Source of the DNA: Amoebidium appalachense
Lineage: Eukaryota; Protista; Ichthyosporea
Direction: 5' to 3'
Assembly: GCA_963693365.1 (NCBI GenBank)
Contig: CAVNZM010000011.1
Span: forward strand, 8,607,937-8,671,936
Length of the DNA stretch: 64,000 nucleotides
The notes under the pieces are model-generated. The model was not told the DNA's origin, made no database searches, and was given only the letters and a program-made list of their open reading frames with translations. This document shows positions 40,237 through 64,000 of this stretch, piece by piece (position 1 is the stretch's first letter; each line of letters begins with the position of its first letter). The position numbers were made by a program, and so were the translations under genes.

Positions 40237-41082
40237 AAGTTAGTTTACTAACGCATTCACACAACATCAACCTGGCACGATACCAATCCGCTCGATTCTG
40301 TGTGGCAGAGAACCCGAAGCTAGGACTCCGAGGTGGTTTCACATGCATGCGACCGGCTCGTTTTTAACTCTTAGGGCTTAACAACTCCCCCTCACCAACT
40401 CCCTCCCCCCTCCCCCTCCCACCCCCCCCCCCCCCCCCTCCCCCAGCCCCCCTCCCCCCTCCCCCCTCCCCCTCTCCCCCCTCCAAGGCTTCCCTCCCCA
40501 CTCCCTCTATTCCCTCTCCTCTCCCCCCCTTGCAGCGGCCCATGTCCAAAAACCGCCACCTTTATCAGCACAAGCTATTACAACAAGAACAACAACCAAA
40601 ACCAGTAATAAAGGGGGGGGGGGGGGGGGGAGGCATGTATGCCGTTAAGAAAATATAGAAATCTTGAGAGTCGAGAAAAGGGCAGAAAGGGGAGGGATTA
40701 AGTCTTAGAAGAAAGATTGTTGCCAAAAAAAAAAAAGAGGACAATAACAACGACAACAAAAAAAAGTGACTCGCGTATTTTAAAATCAACGGTTTGCTGT
40801 AGGTTTTGCAACGCCTGCTGCAGTGGTTTATCATTCGGAAGATGATCCTCAGCACGGAGTAGTAATCAATTTTTCTTCCAATTTGAAATTGGGCACAGTG
40901 TACCTGACATTGACAAGCTGATCTATTTTTATTTTTTCCCAAGCACAATCATGCGACGGTATTCACGGTAACCAACTCATTAGAATGTCTTGTTATGAGT
41001 GAAAACATCATGAATACACGAGCACACCAACTGCAAGCATAAAATAATCATTTGAAAAGTTTGCATCCCTATACATGTTAGT

Positions 41083-41778
41083 TAGTGATAAGTCGACCGT
41101 GAGCCACTTTAGTAGCTCGAATGGGTCAAAATAGCCACTAAAGTGGCTCGTACCGGACGACCACCACTGCAGCTTAGTGGTCGAGAGTCGCCCGCGCTTT
41201 CTTGGTATGCCCAGTTAGCTGCTGAAGTTTCCTGCCTTTTTTGTCTCTGGACCAAGGTGATTGGTGTAATAAAAAAGGACGCCAGCGCTTGCCAACCAAC
41301 TTGGGGTATCGTGTTTTTTTCGCATTCCTCTGCAGTCGACAGATCGATTTCAGCCCAGATTTCTGCCGGAAGCGGGTGACACCCCTTGAGAATGCTACAT
41401 AGTGAACTCGATGAAAAGTCAACATAAAGCCTTCAAATTTTGCCTCTAGCATGCTAGCACATTAATCTTTGCTTTCTGCTACTTTTTAAAGGGTTCCGCG
41501 CACCTTGAAGTACCTATATTTCGATGAAAAAACAAAAATTCGTCCAGAAAATCGAATTGTTCGCTTGCAACCCCAAGTTCGCAGCGCAATATGAAGCAGA
41601 CATTATTAGAGGCAAAACTTCGTGTTCTTGGTGTCTGCGTGACCGTTAGGTTGTCAACAACGTCGGTGTGTAGTTTGTTTTGTGAGTTTTGTATGTTTAC
41701 TACCACTTGTAGGGATCGCGCACAACTAGGTCATTCGAGCCACAAAAGTGGCTCAGATCTCCGGTCGGCTTATCATTA
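41083..41778. mobile_element. Non-autonomous DNA transposon/MITE with ~40-bp imperfect TIRs
   Basis: TAGTGATAAGTCGACCG..TGAGCCACTTTAGTAGCTCGAATG versus CATTCGAGCCACAAAAGTGGCTCA..CGGTCGGCTTATCATTA; no clear TSD. Confidence 0.6.
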
Positions 41779-41827
41779 GTGTGTGTGGCACGTGGGTGTG
41801 TCACGCTTGTGTGTACATGTGTGTGTG

Positions 41828-41917
<90 letters not shown>

Positions 41918-42185
41918 CGTGTGTGTGTGCGTCACGGTGTGTGTGTGAGTGCGTGCGCGTGTTTGCCAGTGCATGTGATACTATGTACTCAGGTGCCATA
42001 TGCTACAAACTCCTAGTAGTAGTAGACTGAACCCAGCCTTTCGTCAATCGCGTGGCATAATTTTTTCCATTCGCTGTATGGGTGAGAATTGTGACGAAAT
42101 AACGTGCTTTAAGAGCACTTGGCAGGCAAAAACCACGAGTTCTGGGATTCGGGTTTTATTCGTAATTATGCCCGAGTGCGAGGTG

Positions 42186-42630
<445 letters not shown>

Positions 42631-42889
42631 GAAAAAGAGAGAGGGAGAAAAGGATTTAAATAAATTTAAGCCTCGGGGAAAAATAATTCTGAAGGGAGTG
42701 TGGAAACGCCGGGATGAGTGAGAGGCTGCTCAATTGATGCTTACAAACAAAGGCGATGGTGAGAAGGGAAGATATTATTTTTTCAAGGAAGATCGCTACG
42801 GACTTTCTATAGCTTTCCTTTCTGAAGACTCTATTACTATAGATGTCGTCATGCTATTTGTTATGGACACCCATGGGACATGTACGTAT

Positions 42890-42990
42890 ACACGTGCACG
42901 TGATTATACAGCGAGTGTACACATGCACGTGATTATACAGCGAGTGTACACGTGCACGTGATTATACAGCGAGTGTACACGTGCACGTGG
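42890..42990. repeat. 29-bp tandem repeat ACACGTGCACGTGATTATACAGCGAGTGT
   Basis: About three copies. Confidence 0.8.
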
Positions 42991-44902
42991 ATGAGCGGTC
43001 GTTTCTTGCCTGTCCTGTGCTCATGCACCTCCCACGCACGCATTCATACACACACAGACAGCCTCTCTACACACGCACTCCCACATTACTGACGTATGAA
43101 ACTCTCAATACGAACTTTATATTGTAGCGAGATCGAAAACACGTGACAAGCCATTTGTGTACACAACACGTGCATGCAAGCCGGAGCCTCGGAGATGCGC
43201 AGTGATTGGCAGAACCCCCACATTGCACGGTAGATTCGGGCGTTTGTAACTGTAAACCCCATAAAAGGCTAATGACAGTTAGTGCAAATGTGCCAAACAA
43301 CAAGGCGATTGGCCCACCCTGCATGATAAAGCCAAACTTTGAGAAGGGTAAAAAAGAATCTTTACGACAAGTCTTTAATTGTTCATTGTTATACCTTAAA
43401 AGCACACCTACTTGTTGAAATTACATATAGCTAAGTTAGAAGGAAACTACTCGACGGTATAGAGCGCAGATACACAATGTAAGATGGCCAAAGAGGCGCA
43501 GTGACTCTGGTGACTGAAGCAAACATTCATTCATTTTCTGATTGGGTTCGGGTAAATAAAAAAATATTTTCCTAAACTTAGGTGAGTAAACCTGAATTTC
43601 AGATACTTTGTTTATGGGGTTCGAGCGAAGCATGAAAACATTTGAACAATCCCATTCATTATACTTAAGTTTCTCTACACATCTATATAAGAAATAAGAT
43701 ATTGCAATAATATAAGATCGTATATAGCAAATACATGCTTAAGTAGAGTCTTTTATGTACATCATAGCTATTAGGTTTCCAGGGGCATGTGGAAAATTAA
43801 CATTTCATCATGACACGTGCCCCATTCCGAAGTGTTGGGAGACGGTAAAACGGGCAATTGTTCAGCCAATCAGATGAAGTGGTTTCTAGATGATGGACAT
43901 GAGGCATTTGCTCAAATCCTCAATAGTTACCTCTTAGCCTAGTAATGATTAGGGGTGTCAACCCTTTTTTCTTAGTGAAAGTACTATAATCAATATATCG
44001 TTAATAATTTCAATCAAAAATATGTTTTACTGTGTAGGAAGCAACAAGCATCCATAAATATCTGTAGGCATAAGCGTCAAACGCTCTCCATCCGACAACA
44101 ACACGCTCAAATCACGCAAGTATTCGACTCCCCCTTAGGTTTACTGTGTTGGCACACAATCGAGTCGGCCTCACTCGCTAGCGCTTGTACGTCCTGCCTG
44201 AGAGTTTCTGACTGACATAACTGAGAGCTCGGAGTCTTTCCGAACAGAAAAGTGGTGGTGTGGGTGTACGTACATTGAGGCTAGGAACACAAATGTAACA
44301 TCTACATGTGTAGCTGCGTTACGTAAGTTGCATTCGAAGGGGTATGCCCGCGAGGGTTCGGAATCAGTATTACCAACGAACTATAATAGAGTTACCACCA
44401 GTAGATCCTGTGTATAGTCAGTCCGAACGAAAAAAAAACATTTGGATGTCTGAAGTCGTTCGTGGCTGTGTCAGTCCACCGAGCTTTCGGGTCATATCAC
44501 AACCTACTACCCCTACTCCGCTGGTGAATCTGATGAACAAATAGGTGTACACAGCTGACCCAAATACCTAAAAAAGCATACCGTGTCCAGAAGATCTGTC
44601 AATTCTTACAGAGTGCTGTGTCCGAGCAACTTATTTGGACCAACGCCTGGTATACGCTTCTGCTTCGTTTTGAAGGTGCAGTACCTCTGTTGTGATGTCT
44701 GCTCGCTTGCATTGGGCATGCAAACATGCCTGTGTGCGAGAGGGTGCGATACCTGACCTTGAATGTATACACACCTACGGTTGAAGTTACAGAAAGAGGG
44801 TTCACGTGGTCTTGGGGAGAGAGAGGCGTGTGTGCGTGTGTGTGTGCGTGTGTGTGTGTGCGTGTGTGCGTGTGTGCGTGTGCGTGTGTGTGTGTGTGTG
44901 TA

Positions 44903-44935
<33 letters not shown>

Positions 44936-44999
44936 GCGTGTGTGTATGTGTGTGTGTGCGCGTGTGTCTGTGCGCGTGTGTGTGCGTGTGTGTGCGCGT

Positions 45000-45042
<43 letters not shown>

Positions 45043-45502
45043 GCGGGCTGGTGGGGAGAAGGGGTAGGGAAGGGGGAGAGGGGGAGAGGGAATGAAGAGG
45101 GAGGGTTACTGGTTATTTCGGCACACGCATGCATTTTTTTTTTACAGGAACGGTTTATCGGAAACGGAGAGATTCTGCTGTTTCCTTTTAAGTTGCTTGT
45201 GTAATGTTTACGAGCGGTATATGGTTTGAGTTATCATACTGATGCGAACGCGTGCACCCCGTGTGTATGCGTGACATGCCTGTGCGTGCACGTATGTGTA
45301 GATGCGTAGAAGTGTGTGTGTGCGGGTATGTGCATATATGTGCGTGTACTGCGTATGTGGTTGAGTATGTGTGGGACTTTGTTGTTTGTCCAAAGCATCA
45401 CAGTTGTGCTCTCCACTCTCCCTCCGGTCCCCTAGTCTCCACCGAGTCGTGTATTTGCACTTGTATATACACACACCTGCATAGACACAACATTATAGAT
45501 GT

Positions 45503-45686
45503 TACTTCCGAGGTAGCATCCGAGGTAGCATGATAAGGTACTGCTTCCGAGGTAGTATGAGATTTACTGCTTTCGAGGTGGCATGATAAGGTACTGCTTC
45601 CGAGGTAGCATGATAAGGTACTGCTTCCGAGGTAGTATGAGATGTACTGCTTCCGAGGTAGCATCCAAGGTAGCATGATAAGGTAG
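45503..45686. repeat. ~27-bp minisatellite TACTGCTTCCGAGGTAGCATGATAAGG
   Basis: About seven degenerate units upstream of the lectin/TSP1 gene. Confidence 0.8.
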
Positions 45687-46005
45687 AGCAAGAATTTTTA
45701 GGTTTTGCACCATCCAAGGGCTAGTAGTAGAATAAGAGTAGAGTAGAGAGGAGAAGAGAAAGAGCTCCATGTTCCCCCACCACCCATCCAGATATGTCCA
45801 CACGGTTTGCAGAAAAACATGCGTACACACACCCACCTACTACACACACACGCGCGCGTACAACGGACCCTCACAACCACTGGCACACAATAACACACAA
45901 ACACACGTCTGCACACACACACGCACTCACACCCACACACGTACGCGCATGCACACATGCACAGATACACGCACACACAAACACACACTAACACTAACAG
46001 AAACA

Positions 46006-46058
<53 letters not shown>

Positions 46059-46095
46059 ACACACACAAACACACACACACATCCAGGCAGCAAAA

Positions 46096-63830
<17,735 letters not shown>

Positions 63831-64000
63831 GTACCCCCCCCCCCCCCCCCCCCCTCCCCGCCTTCATCCCCCCTACAAAGAAAAAAGACGAGCCATCCTC
63901 AAATAGTGTCGGTAACTTCTGAGTTTCTGTAAAAATGGCATCTGCCCCTCTGTTTAGGCTGTCCTGGCGCATCTATACTGGGAAGCCAGTATTTTTTTAT

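Noticed and set aside
45503-45686. CRISPR-like array (also considered for 24770-25070)
   Set aside because: No unique spacers of regular length, no cas genes and a eukaryotic context; these are ordinary minisatellites.

Overview
Eukaryotic, intron-rich genomic DNA saturated with (C)n/(G)n, (A)n/(T)n and (CA)n/(GT)n tracts. Nearly all short ORFs in the supplied track are microsatellite artefacts. The gene content would fit a unicellular holozoan-type protist, but that is a weak inference. Manual splicing gives five protein genes: (1) a 5'-partial tandem-domain LCIB/theta-carbonic anhydrase (+); (2) an intronless TTL-family ATP-grasp ligase with signal peptide, EGF-like module and C-terminal TM (+); (3) a secreted alkaline-phosphatase-superfamily enzyme (-); (4) a WDFY1/2 orthologue with a U12-type AT-AC intron (+); (5) a secreted bulb-lectin + TSP1 + bacterial-type DUF4955/beta-helix fusion (+). 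The most notable signal is a family of about 20 or more 5'-truncated non-coding elements sitting in poly(C) tracts. Their divergent subfamilies conserve, with compensatory changes, all three strands of a hammerhead ribozyme core, but in a non-canonical, permuted/pseudoknotted order. Also seen: duplicated exon stubs that diverge mostly at synonymous sites, (CA)n-AG acceptors and several MITEs. Exon boundaries were read by eye and element boundaries are approximate.
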